From positions 1 through 61,082 of the forward strand of contig JAMOVK010000019.1 of NCBI GenBank assembly GCA_027067775.1: a stretch of 61,082 nucleotides of DNA, written 5' to 3'. The stretch is from Deltaproteobacteria bacterium (GTDB lineage Bacteria > Desulfobacterota > Dissulfuribacteria > Dissulfuribacterales > QOAL01). Within the stretch, counting starts at the first letter, position 1. Each line of letters starts with the position of its first letter. The translations under genes and the position numbers were made by a program. Positions 28,296 to 39,413 of the stretch are shown piece after piece. The notes under the pieces were generated by a model. It saw only the letters and a program-made list of their open reading frames with translations, did not search any database and was not told the origin of the DNA.

Positions 28296-29426
28296 ATGAA
28301 GATAGCTATCGTAAGGCGAGAGTGTGGCTTTGGCCTAGGAGGGGCAGAAGGTTACTGCGAGAATGTTGCAAAAGGCCTTTCTAGGCGTGGACATGAGGTC
28401 ACGGTCATAAGCAGGCGTTCGCTTGTCAAGGGAGAGAATATACCCCATGTAAAGGCACGGGTGTTTGGAAGGGGAAGTATTGCCAAGAATCTGTCTTTTT
28501 TTTGGAGCGTTTCCAAAATACTAAAAGGTAACAATTTTGACTGTGTTTACGGGCTTTCAAGAATAGCCAATGCGGACATCCTTCGTATCTCTGATCCGCT
28601 TCATGCTGCATGGCTCGAGCTTGGATATGAAGGCCGTTTTTTACCAAAATGGCTTAGAAGCAGTTTACCAAGGCATATAAGTCTTATTTGGCAAGAAAAG
28701 AAGGCCATTACCAGCGCACGATACATTGTGACCAATTCAAACTTGGTTAAGAATCAGTTGGTGCGCTACTATAAGGTTGATCCATCTTACATAACTGTTA
28801 TTTACAATGGGGTTGATCTTTCTCGCTTTTCTCCCTTGTCTTTGCATGAAAAGAGGCTTGTTAGGCAAGAATTAGGCATCCCATTACAAGATTTGATAGT
28901 GCTTTTTACAGGTTCTGATCCAAGACGTAAGGGTTTTGAGGTATTGCTTCAAGCAGTTGCACCTTTGGTAAATACATTTCAATTCCATCTTGCAGTAGCG
29001 GGATTTACTCCTACAAAGGCCATTAAAGTATTGATTAACAGGCTTGGTCTTGAGGAAAAGGTTATATTCCTTGGCATCAGACAAGATATAGAAAAGATCT
29101 ATGGCGCTTGTGATCTTTTGTGCTTGCCAACCAGTTACGATCCCTTTGCCAACGTTTGCTTAGAGGCAATGGCCTGTGGCCTACCAGTGATAACCACCAG
29201 TCAAAACGGGGCCTCGGAATTGATAAAAGAGGTTGAGGGCGATTGGGTTATACCTGGTCCACAAGAAGACGCCTTAAAAAATGTCCTTGAAACCTGGTTG
29301 CTAATGGATAGTCAGCATAGACAGAAAATAAGTAACAGCTTTGTCTCGCTGGCCTCTAAATTTGGATTTGATTACCATTTGGAAAGGCTTGATCAGCTTC
29401 TGGGTCTTGTTGCGTTGTATAAATAA
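28296..29426 (+). CDS. Glycosyltransferase family 4 (LPS core type)
   Basis: GGAEGY, RKGFEVLL, YDPFANVCLEAMACGLPVITT. Confidence 0.92.
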   Translation: MKIAIVRRECGFGLGGAEGYCENVAKGLSRRGHEVTVISRRSLVKGENIPHVKARVFGRGSIAKNLSFFWSVSKILKGNNFDCVYGLSRIANADILRISDPLHAAWLELGYEGRFLPKWLRSSLPRHISLIWQEKKAITSARYIVTNSNLVKNQLVRYYKVDPSYITVIYNGVDLSRFSPLSLHEKRLVRQELGIPLQDLIVLFTGSDPRRKGFEVLLQAVAPLVNTFQFHLAVAGFTPTKAIKVLINRLGLEEKVIFLGIRQDIEKIYGACDLLCLPTSYDPFANVCLEAMACGLPVITTSQNGASELIKEVEGDWVIPGPQEDALKNVLETWLLMDSQHRQKISNSFVSLASKFGFDYHLERLDQLLGLVALYK

Positions 29427-29555
29427 GACAAAGGTAGTGGCTGATTTTTCTTTTCAGGTGTTAAGTTGAAAATAATATAAATCAAGAATATCATTCTTCA
29501 TCTATGCTACCAAACAGGAAAACGGTTTTTTTAAGTTGTCGCGAAGGTCTGATAT

Positions 29556-30185
29556 ATGGGAATACCCGAAATATTAAAGAGTTTTTCTGGCATCCTGTCA
29601 ATTGTTAACCCCATTGGGGCCATTCCCATATTTATTGGTCTCACCTCTGACTGGACAAAGAAACAGAGAAATCAGACTGCCAACAGTGCTGCAGCTGCCA
29701 CAACCATCATACTTCTCATATCTGCATTTTCTGGCGACTACGTGCTCAAATTTTTCGGTATAAGCCTTTCCTCATTCCAGGTTGGAGGTGGTATACTTCT
29801 GCTGTTGATAGCCATATCCATGCTCCATGCAAAGCTCAGCCATGCAAGACATACGCCCCAGGAGGCCCAGGAGGCAGAAGATATGGAGTCTATCGGGGTG
29901 GTTCCCCTTGCAATGCCAATTTTGGCGGGTCCTGGTTCCATAAGCACCGTTATTCTCTATGCCCACTATGCCCATAAATTTCATGAAAAGGCCATACTGG
30001 CAGGCATAATCATTGTAATCGGCTTGATTGTATGGCTGACCCTCAGAATGGCTGTGCCTATTGGTACAAGGCTTGGTGCAACAGGCATTAACATTGCTGT
30101 CAGGATACTCGGGCTCATACTTGCTGCCATCTCGGTAGAATTCATGGCTGCTGGCCTTAAAGGATTGTTTCCAGGGCTGGGATAG
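29556..30185 (+). CDS. MarC-family membrane protein
   Basis: IVNPIGAIPIF, SFQVGGGILL, PLAMPILAGPGSI, RILGLILAAISVEF. Confidence 0.93.
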   Translation: MGIPEILKSFSGILSIVNPIGAIPIFIGLTSDWTKKQRNQTANSAAAATTIILLISAFSGDYVLKFFGISLSSFQVGGGILLLLIAISMLHAKLSHARHTPQEAQEAEDMESIGVVPLAMPILAGPGSISTVILYAHYAHKFHEKAILAGIIIVIGLIVWLTLRMAVPIGTRLGATGINIAVRILGLILAAISVEFMAAGLKGLFPGLG

Positions 30186-30195
30186 AGGGTAGGAG

Positions 30196-30351
30196 ATGAG
30201 ATCGGGGCCTGATAGAAGACCTTTCTATATCCTTTTTGAAAACATGCCTGTCGGCTGTTTTGTTGTTGACAAGGTTGGTCCTGTAACTGAAAAATACAGG
30301 ACAGTACCAGGGATTTGTTTTTTGAAAAGTCAGCATAAGCCTGACCCTTAG
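30196..30351 (+). CDS. Small ORF (51 aa) with PAS-start-like motif, possible gene remnant
   Basis: GAGGG RBS; MRSGPDRRPFYILFENMPVGCFVVDKVG...; fills the marC to fusion-gene gap. Confidence 0.35.
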   Translation: MRSGPDRRPFYILFENMPVGCFVVDKVGPVTEKYRTVPGICFLKSQHKPDP

Positions 30352-30364
30352 ATCTGTTTCTTTC

Positions 30365-31873
30365 GTGTCGATGCACAAAGTAAAGCTGGTCTTTACCGTT
30401 TCAGCCAAGGACGAGATACCACTTGAGTTCATTAAATCTTGCGGTTGGCAGGTTGTCACTGCAAAGGCGCTTAGAAGCGGCATTCTGTCCAAGGTTTTAG
30501 AGAACAGGAGATCTTCCATTCTTTTCGTTGTTACCGGTGTGGGCAAGGAGAGGACTATTGAGGCTGCAGTTTCTATCTGCCAGTTTCTGTCTCCCCTTGC
30601 GGTTGTCAATATTGGAAGCTGCGGTCTTAACACTATTACCAGCCAGGAGGAAGGCACTGTTTTTATTGCATCCAAGACCCTTGCAGACGGCAAATGGAGA
30701 CAATGTCTGCCCCAGCCTCCCTTTGCCCTGCCCAAGAAGATAAAAATCACAAAGACACCTGTTCAGACCCTTTTGCGTCCTCTTTTTCATAAGACCCCCT
30801 GCATCTGTCAGGTGGTGGATATGGAGGCAGGATATCAGCACGATATATTTGAAGCGCATAACATTCCCTTTTGTGCAATAAAGATTCCTACGGACACCTG
30901 TTCCAGTTCCAGTAGACTTCAATTTGCAAGAAACGTTTCAAGGGTTCGAAATATTATTAAAGATATCTTGGGCTTTTTAACTCTTTCTGCAAAGGATATG
31001 GACATATCCGTTGTCATTCCTGTCCACAACAGGCCTGATTTTATAGAAAGAGCAATAGGGTCTGCGATAAGCCAGAGTCATAGGCCAAAGGAGATAATTG
31101 TGGTGGATGATGGCTCGCAGCCACCTGTCAGTACACTGTTGGGAAGCAGTCTGAAAGAAAAGGTGCGGATAATTAGATTACCGGACAACCGAGGAGTTGC
31201 AGCCAGTCGGAACGCTGGAATTAGGGAGGCCTCTGGCAAATGGATAGCCCTTCTTGACTCAGACGACCAGTGGACCAGGGACAAACTCAGAAACCAGGCA
31301 AATTATATAGAGAACAACCCCTTCTTTGAGATCCTCCAGTGTCAGGAGATCTGGATAAGAAACGGGGTCAGGGTCAACATGTGCAAACATCATGAAAAGA
31401 GGGAAGGGTGGATATGGGAAAAGAGCATCAGGCTTTGTGCCATAAGTCCATCTGCGGTTATTGCTACAAAAGAGCTGCTTTTAGACTTTGGGCTTTTTCA
31501 GGAAGAATTTCCTGCCTGTGAAGATTACGAACTCTGGCTGAGAATAACAAGAAAAAAACCTGTTGGACTTAATCCTGAGGCCGACCTCATAAAATATGGG
31601 GGACATGCGGACCAGCTGTCTGTCAGATTTCCTGCTATGGACAGGTTTAGGGTGGCAGCCTTGTTAAGGGCCCTTGAGGAGGAAGAAAGTCACGTGCACA
31701 GGTATAAATTGACAACGAGTCTTAAAGAAAGACTTGAGATACTTTATAATGGGGCCCTAAAAAGGAAAAAGACAGATGCTGCCAACGTGTATCAAAAGAT
31801 TCTTGGCGCAATAGAGAAAAATGAAGCCGTTTCATGGAACAAGTATCCATTGCTAATTCAAAAATTCACGTGA
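30365..31873 (+). CDS. Nucleosidase/phosphorylase-like domain fused to a GT2 glycosyltransferase
   Basis: N-terminal VTGVGKE, VNIGSCG, VVDMEAG, IKIPTD; C-terminal SVVIPVHNR, VVDDGS, ALLDSDD (DxD), CEDYELWLR. Confidence 0.82.
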   Translation: MSMHKVKLVFTVSAKDEIPLEFIKSCGWQVVTAKALRSGILSKVLENRRSSILFVVTGVGKERTIEAAVSICQFLSPLAVVNIGSCGLNTITSQEEGTVFIASKTLADGKWRQCLPQPPFALPKKIKITKTPVQTLLRPLFHKTPCICQVVDMEAGYQHDIFEAHNIPFCAIKIPTDTCSSSSRLQFARNVSRVRNIIKDILGFLTLSAKDMDISVVIPVHNRPDFIERAIGSAISQSHRPKEIIVVDDGSQPPVSTLLGSSLKEKVRIIRLPDNRGVAASRNAGIREASGKWIALLDSDDQWTRDKLRNQANYIENNPFFEILQCQEIWIRNGVRVNMCKHHEKREGWIWEKSIRLCAISPSAVIATKELLLDFGLFQEEFPACEDYELWLRITRKKPVGLNPEADLIKYGGHADQLSVRFPAMDRFRVAALLRALEEEESHVHRYKLTTSLKERLEILYNGALKRKKTDAANVYQKILGAIEKNEAVSWNKYPLLIQKFT

Positions 31874-32826
31874 TTAACCCAGGGCATATTGATCTTGGCC
31901 TTGATTTTTCATATGTCCTTGATCTTATTGGTCTTTGGAACACGACAAGGCTTTTTGACAGCCTTGAAATGTCAGGCATTGTCTGTCCCTTGGTAGCTGT
32001 TGATACCGATCTATCAACAAGAAAGGGGTCTTTAAAATTGATAGATGGCTTTAAAAGGCTTGAGTGGGCAAGGCAGAAAGACCTTGAGAAAATTCCAGTT
32101 GCAACAGTCCATATGACCAACATGGACCTCCTTGTCTTTTTTCTTTCAAAATATGCTCCCATGCTCAAAAGTTGTGTTTCAAAGGCATTGTTTTTGAGAT
32201 TCCTTTTGAAAGTTGGCGCCAACAGGCAAGCAGTAGTTGACAAGGCTATGAAGTCTCTTGGACTTCAGGCCCATAAAGGGCTTTTAGAAAAATATCTTCG
32301 CATTGCGCAACTGCCAGAAAGGTTTTTGGCATTTTGCCATAAAAAGGATTTTTCCCTTAAGCGGTGCCTGAATTTCACCTATCAGCCAAGAGCGCTTCTT
32401 GAAAGGATAATGGACCTCGAAGGTCAGATATCCCTCTCGGCAAGCCTGTTGCAGGAAGTGTGTGACAGTATCTCCGAGATTATAAGACGTAAAGAAATAG
32501 ACGTGGAAGAATTTTTCCAACTGGATGAAATAAAAGGGATTATAGATTCAGATCTCGAATGCTCATACAAGACCGGTCTGCTTCGTCAGGCTATAAGGAG
32601 GCTTCGATATCCTGCTGTTACCAGGATTCAAAAGGAGCTGTGCGATATTGAAAAACAGTATCTGGCCTCGCTTCCCTTTAAGGTAAAATGGGACGAGACC
32701 CTTGAAAACAGAAAACTGATTATTACTGCATCAATTAAGCAGATCGATGAATTTTCCAGACTAAGGGCCTCCTTTTCAAGCCCTGAGGCCAAGGAAGGAA
32801 TTAAAAGACTTCTTTCTTACTTTTAA
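31834..32826 (+). CDS. ParB/Srx N-terminal-domain protein
   Basis: SLEMSGIVCPL...LIDGFKRL resembles the ParB/sulfiredoxin fold; helical C-terminal region. Confidence 0.65.
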   Translation: MEQVSIANSKIHVINPGHIDLGLDFSYVLDLIGLWNTTRLFDSLEMSGIVCPLVAVDTDLSTRKGSLKLIDGFKRLEWARQKDLEKIPVATVHMTNMDLLVFFLSKYAPMLKSCVSKALFLRFLLKVGANRQAVVDKAMKSLGLQAHKGLLEKYLRIAQLPERFLAFCHKKDFSLKRCLNFTYQPRALLERIMDLEGQISLSASLLQEVCDSISEIIRRKEIDVEEFFQLDEIKGIIDSDLECSYKTGLLRQAIRRLRYPAVTRIQKELCDIEKQYLASLPFKVKWDETLENRKLIITASIKQIDEFSRLRASFSSPEAKEGIKRLLSYF

Positions 32827-32828
32827 AC

Positions 32829-33941
32829 ATGAAATTTAAAAGCGTAACCGTTGATCCGCATGTCGCAGAACCATCTGTTTTGAAACATTTTCCATATTAT
32901 TCCTTGTCTTCACAGAGTCCCAAATTTTCAGATTACAGGCAGGGCAAACGGCATCTTTTTGTTGCGCCAAAAAAGGGCGAGCTTTTTCATATATGTGCCT
33001 CCCTGGATACCCGTTACATATGTTGCAGTACCCATGTCATCTCTCACATTAGTAACTGCCCTTTTGAGTGTACCTACTGTTTTTTACAAAATTATCTTAC
33101 GGACACAACCCTGACAGTTGTTGCGGATACAGAGGCCATAATGAGGGAGATTTGCTATAAAACTGCCCTTCAGCCTTGGAGACTTTTCAGGATTGGCACA
33201 TGGGAACTTGGAGACAGCCTTGCCGTTGAGCCTCTTAATAAATTCGCTGTCGATCTTGTAAGGCGGTTTAGAGATCTTGATAATTGCCTGCTAAAGTTGA
33301 GAACCAAGGGGGATGCTGTTGAGCCGCTGCTTGATGTTGAACATGGTGGCAAAACGGTTGTATCCTGGACGGTTAATCCTCCTGAAATCATAAAACGAGA
33401 AGAGATAGGTACCGCAGGCCTTGAAAAACGCATTCAGGCCATGAAAAAGGTGGCAGGGGCTGGGTATCCAGTTGGCCTCCACTTTGATCCCATGATTATG
33501 TTCAGCGGTTGGGAGGCAGCATACAAGAGGCTGGTTGAGGCCATCTTTTCTGCCATTGATCCTGAAGATGTTATCTGGATCTCCATAGGAAGTCTCCGTT
33601 TTAATCCCGAGATGAAAAAAAAGATAGAGAATAACTACCCTTCTTCTAGGATAACAGCTCAAGAAATGATACTGGGTGATGACAACAAGTTCCGCTATCC
33701 AAGGCCGCTGAGGGAGGAGATGTACAGACTGCTTTTGTCTTTTTTAGAGGAGGTAGGAGCTGATCAATGCTTTACCTATCTGTGTATGGAGAGATGGAAT
33801 GTCTGGGAAAGGGTCTTTGGACGTTGCCCCAGTTCTATAGGCCATCTTGATTATCTAATGGCCCAGACAGTGTACGAAAGGTTTCCGCAGAGTGTTTTCC
33901 AAAAACCCCAGAAGGCGTTTTATATGGCTCTGACCTATTGA
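32829..33941 (+). CDS. Spore-photoproduct-lyase-like radical SAM protein
   Basis: NCPFECTYCFLQNY (CxxxCxxC), LRTKG, SWTVNP, LHFDPM, KFRYPRPLR, YLCME. Confidence 0.85.
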   Translation: MKFKSVTVDPHVAEPSVLKHFPYYSLSSQSPKFSDYRQGKRHLFVAPKKGELFHICASLDTRYICCSTHVISHISNCPFECTYCFLQNYLTDTTLTVVADTEAIMREICYKTALQPWRLFRIGTWELGDSLAVEPLNKFAVDLVRRFRDLDNCLLKLRTKGDAVEPLLDVEHGGKTVVSWTVNPPEIIKREEIGTAGLEKRIQAMKKVAGAGYPVGLHFDPMIMFSGWEAAYKRLVEAIFSAIDPEDVIWISIGSLRFNPEMKKKIENNYPSSRITAQEMILGDDNKFRYPRPLREEMYRLLLSFLEEVGADQCFTYLCMERWNVWERVFGRCPSSIGHLDYLMAQTVYERFPQSVFQKPQKAFYMALTY

Positions 33942-33945
33942 GATC

Positions 33946-34899
33946 TTAAAAAAGCGGGCTTTTCCTGGCCTTGTGCCAGTTCAGTATGATATTCCAGGCC
34001 TCTTCGGCATTATCTGCAAAGGAAAAGATTTCAAGATCCTTTGCCGCGATGGTACCCTCTTCAACAAGGAATTCAAAGTCTATAAGCCTGTTCCAATACC
34101 TCTTGCCCAACATTACAATTGGCATCGGTTCCTGTTTGTGGGTCTGGACCAGGGTAAGGGTCTCAAAAAGTTCGTCCAATGTGCCAAATCCTCCAGGATA
34201 CACTACAAGGGCCTTGGCCCTGTTAAGGAAGTGAAGCTTTCTCATTGCAAAATAATGAAACTGGAAACAAAGCCCAGGTGTGATGTACGGATTTGGATAC
34301 TGTTCGTGAGGAAGCTGGATATTTAAACCAATAGATTTTGCCCCAACATCAAAGGCCCCCCTGTTTGCTGCTTCCATGATGCCAGGACCTCCACCAGTCA
34401 TCAGTATGATTCTGCAATCTTCAGGCCCTCTGCCGCTTTGGCCTATTAGTCTTCCAAGCTGTCTCGCATCGTCATAGTAGATGCTTTTTTCAACCATTTT
34501 TTCGGCAACAGCAAGCTTCCTCAAGAGTTTGTCAGATTCGCCAGACTGTTTCAACTTTTTCTGGACGGCCTCCAACCTCTTTAGTGCGGTCTTTTTTTCC
34601 ACTATCCTGGCACTACCAAAGACTACAATGGTGTGTTCCACACCAAGCTCTTGGAGTTTCAACTCCACTTTCAGGTAGTCCAGCTGAAGCCTGATGCCCC
34701 GGGCCCTTGGAGATTTGATAAAATCAATATCCTCCTCAGCCAGCCTGTAACTAGGGTCTTCCATAATACGTTTTACAAGCTCCTGGGCCTTGGGGTCCTC
34801 ATCTTTACGCTTTGGTCTCTGCCAGGGAAGAATCTTTTCGTTTTCGTCGTTGTTTATCTTGTTATTTTTTGTCATAAAGTTAGTTATCTGTTGAGGCAT
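33946..34899 (-). CDS. LOG-family nucleotide phosphoribohydrolase (lysine-decarboxylase-like family)
   Basis: [49 protein letters not shown]. Start may be 34875. Confidence 0.92.
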   Translation of the reverse strand: MPQQITNFMTKNNKINNDENEKILPWQRPKRKDEDPKAQELVKRIMEDPSYRLAEEDIDFIKSPRARGIRLQLDYLKVELKLQELGVEHTIVVFGSARIVEKKTALKRLEAVQKKLKQSGESDKLLRKLAVAEKMVEKSIYYDDARQLGRLIGQSGRGPEDCRIILMTGGGPGIMEAANRGAFDVGAKSIGLNIQLPHEQYPNPYITPGLCFQFHYFAMRKLHFLNRAKALVVYPGGFGTLDELFETLTLVQTHKQEPMPIVMLGKRYWNRLIDFEFLVEEGTIAAKDLEIFSFADNAEEAWNIILNWHKARKSPLF

Positions 34900-35362
34900 A
34901 AAACTTCACAAGTTCTATGCCAGCCTCGTTTAACATCTCTCTTGCCAGATCGTCTGGATAGCCTTCTTCGTAATAGATGCGTTTGATACCGGCATTTATC
35001 AGCATTTTTGTACATATGGCGCAAGGAAGATTTGTACAGTAAAGCACAGAGCCGGCCACTGGTATACCATGAAAGGCTGCCTGAATAAGCACATTTTGTT
35101 CAGCATGGAGAGCCCGGCACAACTCATGCCTTTGACCAGATTTGATGCCGAGTTTCTGCCTCAGACAGCCAATCTCAAGACAGTGTTTCAGCCCGGCAGG
35201 TGCTCCGTTATACCCTGTGCAAAGCACCCTTTTATCCTTTACCAGTATAGCTCCCACCTTTCTTCTAAGACATGTGGAGCGGCCAGCCACCAGTCTGGCA
35301 ATGGACATAAAATATTCATTCCAGCTGGGTCTTTTGTCTTTGCCACCTTCAGTCTCACTCAC
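34880..35362 (-). CDS. dCMP deaminase-family protein
   Basis: [27 protein letters not shown] zinc motifs. Confidence 0.93.
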   Translation of the reverse strand: MSETEGGKDKRPSWNEYFMSIARLVAGRSTCLRRKVGAILVKDKRVLCTGYNGAPAGLKHCLEIGCLRQKLGIKSGQRHELCRALHAEQNVLIQAAFHGIPVAGSVLYCTNLPCAICTKMLINAGIKRIYYEEGYPDDLAREMLNEAGIELVKFYASTDN

Positions 35363-35366
35363 CTTT

Positions 35367-36653
35367 TCACTCGTTTTGATTACATTCTTTCAAGGTTTCC
35401 TGATATCTCTGAAGCCTTGACTCGTATAGGGGAAATCTCTTGCATATCTCTAGCACCTTGCCCCTTACATCCTTTACCAGTGCTTCATTGCCAGGGTCAA
35501 GGAGTAGATCGGCTATAAAACCGCCTACAAGTCTGATTTCATCCTCTTTTAACCCTCTGGTAGTAACTGCCGGAGTGCCTATTCTGATGCCACTGGTAAC
35601 AGTTGGCGGCTGAGAGTCAAAGGGGATGGCATTTTTATTGACTGTTATGCCGGCCGACTCTAGGATTTTCTCAGCTTCTGCTCCGGTAATGGACTTGTCA
35701 GACAGATCCACAAGTATAAGGTGATTGTCCGTGCCCCCTGAAATCAGCCTGAATCCTCTTTCAATTAGTACATCTGCCAGGGTCTTGGCGTTTGATACGA
35801 TACGCTGGCAGTAAAATTTGAATTCGTCTCCAAGGGCCTCTTTGAAGGCTACGGCTTTTGCAGCAATTACATGCATAAGCGGGCCACCTTGGATCCCAGG
35901 GAAGATCTGGCTGTTGAGCAGTCTTGAATACTTTTCCGTTGAGAGAATGAAACCGCCCCTTGGTCCACGCAGGGTCTTGTGGGTGGTGGAGGTGACAAAC
36001 TCAGAAAAAGGGACCGGAGAAGGATGTATGCCCGCGGCCACAAGACCTGCAATATGTGCCATGTCCACCATGAGATAAGCGCCTACTTCGTCGGCGATCA
36101 TGCGGAAAGTGGCAAAATCAATGGTTCGTGGATAGGCGCTTGCACCTGCTACTATGAGTTTGGGCCGGTGTTCTCTTGCCAGCCGTGCCACTTGGTCAAA
36201 GTCTATGGTTTCGCTTTCTTTGTCTACCCCATAGTGTACTACATTAAAGAGCCTGCCTGAAAAGCTTACCGATGCCCCATGGGATAGATGCCCACCATGG
36301 GCAAGATTCATGGAAAGAATCGTGTCCCCCGGGTTAAGGACTGCAAAATAGACTGCCATGTTGGCCTGGCTTCCAGAATGTGGTTGCACATTGGCATATT
36401 CTGAGCCAAAAAGCATGTTAAGACGGTCTATGGCCAAACGTTCAACTACATCAACATTTTCGCAACCGCCATAGTAACGCCTGCCTGGATACCCCTCTGC
36501 GTATTTGTTCATGAATACGCTTCCTTCAGCCTGCATCACCGCTTCACTGGCGAAATTTTCAGAGGCTATCATCTCAAGTTGACTCGTTTGCCTGCCTATT
36601 TCTGCCTTAAGTGCCTTGAAAACCTCGTAATCAGTCTCACACAGCTCTTTCAT
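35367..36653 (-). CDS. glyA: Serine hydroxymethyltransferase
   Basis: [41 protein letters not shown]. Confidence 0.98.
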   Translation of the reverse strand: MKELCETDYEVFKALKAEIGRQTSQLEMIASENFASEAVMQAEGSVFMNKYAEGYPGRRYYGGCENVDVVERLAIDRLNMLFGSEYANVQPHSGSQANMAVYFAVLNPGDTILSMNLAHGGHLSHGASVSFSGRLFNVVHYGVDKESETIDFDQVARLAREHRPKLIVAGASAYPRTIDFATFRMIADEVGAYLMVDMAHIAGLVAAGIHPSPVPFSEFVTSTTHKTLRGPRGGFILSTEKYSRLLNSQIFPGIQGGPLMHVIAAKAVAFKEALGDEFKFYCQRIVSNAKTLADVLIERGFRLISGGTDNHLILVDLSDKSITGAEAEKILESAGITVNKNAIPFDSQPPTVTSGIRIGTPAVTTRGLKEDEIRLVGGFIADLLLDPGNEALVKDVRGKVLEICKRFPLYESRLQRYQETLKECNQNE

Positions 36654-36686
36654 TTACACACCTGCCTAAGTCCAACTCAAGAACGA

Positions 36687-37124
36687 TTATTGTTCCTGGC
36701 TGTCAATTTGAGACAGACGTCTCGAATGTCTGCCGCCTTCAAAGGGGGTTGAAAGCCAGACCCTAACCATCTCAAGGGCGAGTCCAGGGCCTATAACCCG
36801 TCCACCCATGCAAAGAATATTGGAATCGTTGTGTCGTCTGCTCATCTCAGCTGTAAAAAGCTCATGGCACAGCGTAGCCCTGATCCCGGGAGTTCTGTTG
36901 GCGGCAATGGACATTCCAATGCCTGTTCCACAAATGAGGATCCCGCGTTCCGCCTTTCCACCTTTTATTAGAGAAACGACCTTTTTGGCCTGAACCGGGT
37001 AGTCAACAGAATCAGTGGAGAAACATCCAACATCTTCTACCTGGTGACCAAGTTCGGTCAGAAGGGGTTTCACCGCTTCTTTTAGTTCAAAGCCTCCGTG
37101 ATCAGAACCGATTGCAATTTTCAT
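36687..37124 (-). CDS. rpiB: Ribose-5-phosphate isomerase B
   Basis: [26 protein letters not shown]. Confidence 0.96.
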   Translation of the reverse strand: MKIAIGSDHGGFELKEAVKPLLTELGHQVEDVGCFSTDSVDYPVQAKKVVSLIKGGKAERGILICGTGIGMSIAANRTPGIRATLCHELFTAEMSRRHNDSNILCMGGRVIGPGLALEMVRVWLSTPFEGGRHSRRLSQIDSQEQ

Positions 37125-37128
37125 CTTG

Positions 37129-38379
37129 TTAGACCTTTTTGAATATTAGTACCCCGTTTGTTCCGCCAAAACCAAAAGAATTGCTCATGGCGGTCTGAAT
37201 CTCCATTTTTCTTGCCTTGTTGGGTACATAATCTAGATCACACTCCGGATCAGGATTTTCATAATTTATAGTAGGTGGTATTATCCCGTTTTCCAGAGCC
37301 TTTACAGTAAATATTGCCTCTACTCCTCCTGCACCACCAAGCAGGTGTCCAGTCATGGATTTGGTTGAGCTCACGGGAATCTTGTAGGCATGCTGGCCGA
37401 ATACACTTTTGATGGCCTTTGTCTCACAACTGTCATTAAGGGGCGTGCTTGTGCCATGGGCATTTATATAGTCTATGTCTTCCGGCACCATATCAGCGTC
37501 CTTAAGGGCCTCTTTCATGGCCCTTGCCCCTCCTTCGCCATCGTCTGGAGGCGCAGTCATGTGGTATGCATCTCCTGAGAGGCCAAATCCAACAAGCTCT
37601 GCCCTTATTCGCGCATTACGTCTTTGGGCATGTTCAAGGCTTTCTATTATAAGTATTCCAGCACCTTCACCAATTACAAAGCCGTCTCTATTTCTTTCAA
37701 ACGGCCGAGATGCCTTTTCTGGCTCGTCGTTTCGGGTGGAAAGGGCCTTGAGGGAACCAAAACCGGCCAAGGCGAGTTCGGTTATAACCGCCTCGGTGCC
37801 TCCGCAGAACATGACATCAGCTGCTCCTCTTTGTATCTCCTTAAAGGCCTGGCCAATGGCATGGGTTCCTGCTGCACAGGCTGTGCACACAACAGTATTT
37901 GGCCCTTTGGCATTAAAGAGTATGGATATTTGCCCAGAGGCCATATTGGGTATGGCCATTGGGATGAAAAAAGGACTAACCCTCCGTGGCCCCCTCTTTA
38001 CCAGGACGTCTCTGAAATATTCGATGGAGCTAAGGCCACCAAGACCGCAGCCAGTGATTACTCCAACCCTTTCGGGATCAGTTTTTTCAACGTCTAGGCC
38101 AGAATCTTCCAAAGCCTCTTTTGAGGCAGCAATGGCATATTGAACAAAGGGATCGAGCCTTTTTGCCAACTTGGCCGGCATAAACCTTTCTGGTTCAAAC
38201 CCCTTTACCTCACCTGCAATGCGGCACGCATAACCTTCCGTATCAAACTTGGTTACAGGACCGATTCCAGATTTGCCAGCTACTATGTTGCCCCAACCTT
38301 CCTGAACTCCAATTCCAACTGGACAGACCAGCCCCAGGCCAGTAACCACCACCCTGCGGCTGCAATCTTTTGTAGCCAT
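37129..38379 (-). CDS. fabF: 3-oxoacyl-ACP synthase II
   Basis: Catalytic C (TACAAG), H (AHGTST), H (TGHLLG); SNSFGFGG. Confidence 0.97.
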   Translation of the reverse strand: MATKDCSRRVVVTGLGLVCPVGIGVQEGWGNIVAGKSGIGPVTKFDTEGYACRIAGEVKGFEPERFMPAKLAKRLDPFVQYAIAASKEALEDSGLDVEKTDPERVGVITGCGLGGLSSIEYFRDVLVKRGPRRVSPFFIPMAIPNMASGQISILFNAKGPNTVVCTACAAGTHAIGQAFKEIQRGAADVMFCGGTEAVITELALAGFGSLKALSTRNDEPEKASRPFERNRDGFVIGEGAGILIIESLEHAQRRNARIRAELVGFGLSGDAYHMTAPPDDGEGGARAMKEALKDADMVPEDIDYINAHGTSTPLNDSCETKAIKSVFGQHAYKIPVSSTKSMTGHLLGGAGGVEAIFTVKALENGIIPPTINYENPDPECDLDYVPNKARKMEIQTAMSNSFGFGGTNGVLIFKKV

Positions 38380-38397
38380 GAAAGCCCCTTTGAGAAA

Positions 38398-38634
38398 TTA
38401 TTTTTCCAGATGCTGCTTTACGTAATCAATGGTGTCCTGTACAGTCTGCAGCTTTTCGGCGTCTTCGTCGGCAATTTCCATACCAAACTCTTCTTCCATT
38501 GCCATGACAAGTTCCACAAGATCCAGGCTGTCTGCACCAAGGTCATCTGTAAAAGATGCCTGTGGCACCACCTTTTCCTTTGGTACGCTTAGCTGGCTTG
38601 AGATTATTTCAATAATTTTTTCCTGAACATCCAT
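38398..38634 (-). CDS. acpP: Acyl carrier protein
   Basis: [12 protein letters not shown] phosphopantetheine site. Confidence 0.97.
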   Translation of the reverse strand: MDVQEKIIEIISSQLSVPKEKVVPQASFTDDLGADSLDLVELVMAMEEEFGMEIADEDAEKLQTVQDTIDYVKQHLEK

Positions 38635-38657
38635 TTTATTTCCTCCTGAAACATTTC

Positions 38658-39413
38658 TTATTGGCAGACCAAGCCGCCATTAACGTGCATTGTATGTCCT
38701 GTTATGTATGATGCCTCTTCCGAGGCCAAAAAGGCTACTGCAGCAGCAACCTCGCTTGTGTTTCCCATTCTTCCCATGGGAATCTCACCAAGAAGCCGGT
38801 CTTTGACTTTTTCTGGCAGTGCTGCCGTCATGTCTGTCTCGATAAAGCCAGGGGCCACCAGGTTGGAAGTTATGCCTCGGGTGGCCATCTCCTTTGCCAC
38901 GGTTTTGGTAAAGCCTTCAAGTCCTGCCTTGGCGGCTGCGTAGTTGGCCTGGCCAGGATTGCCCGAGGTACCAACTACAGAGCCGATGTTTATTATGCGT
39001 CCCCATCTGGCCTTCATCATAGCCCTGGAACAGGCTTGAACACAGTTAAAGGCCCCTTTTAGGTTGACTGAGATCACCTTGTCCCAGTCATCTTCCTTCA
39101 TCCTTGCAAGAAGAGCATCACGGGTAATGCCTGCATTGTTGATCAAAATCTGAATGGGGCCATGCTCTTTTATAAAACTAGATATTTTTTCTTTGACCTG
39201 GGATGTGTCAGAAACGTCAAATGGCAAAAGTGTGGCAGTTCCTCCCATATTTTCTATGGTATTAAGGACCTGTCTAGCTGCTTCTTCGTTTGAGGCGTAG
39301 TTAATGGCAACGTGCGCACCGTCTTCAGCAAGCCTCAGGCATATTGCCCTCCCTATACCCCTTGAGCCACCGGTGACAAGGGCATTTTTACCCTTTAGTC
39401 TTTTCTCACACAT
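38658..39413 (-). CDS. fabG: 3-oxoacyl-ACP reductase
   Basis: [26 protein letters not shown]; overlaps the etfA stop by 8 nt. Confidence 0.96.
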   Translation of the reverse strand: MCEKRLKGKNALVTGGSRGIGRAICLRLAEDGAHVAINYASNEEAARQVLNTIENMGGTATLLPFDVSDTSQVKEKISSFIKEHGPIQILINNAGITRDALLARMKEDDWDKVISVNLKGAFNCVQACSRAMMKARWGRIINIGSVVGTSGNPGQANYAAAKAGLEGFTKTVAKEMATRGITSNLVAPGFIETDMTAALPEKVKDRLLGEIPMGRMGNTSEVAAAVAFLASEEASYITGHTMHVNGGLVCQ

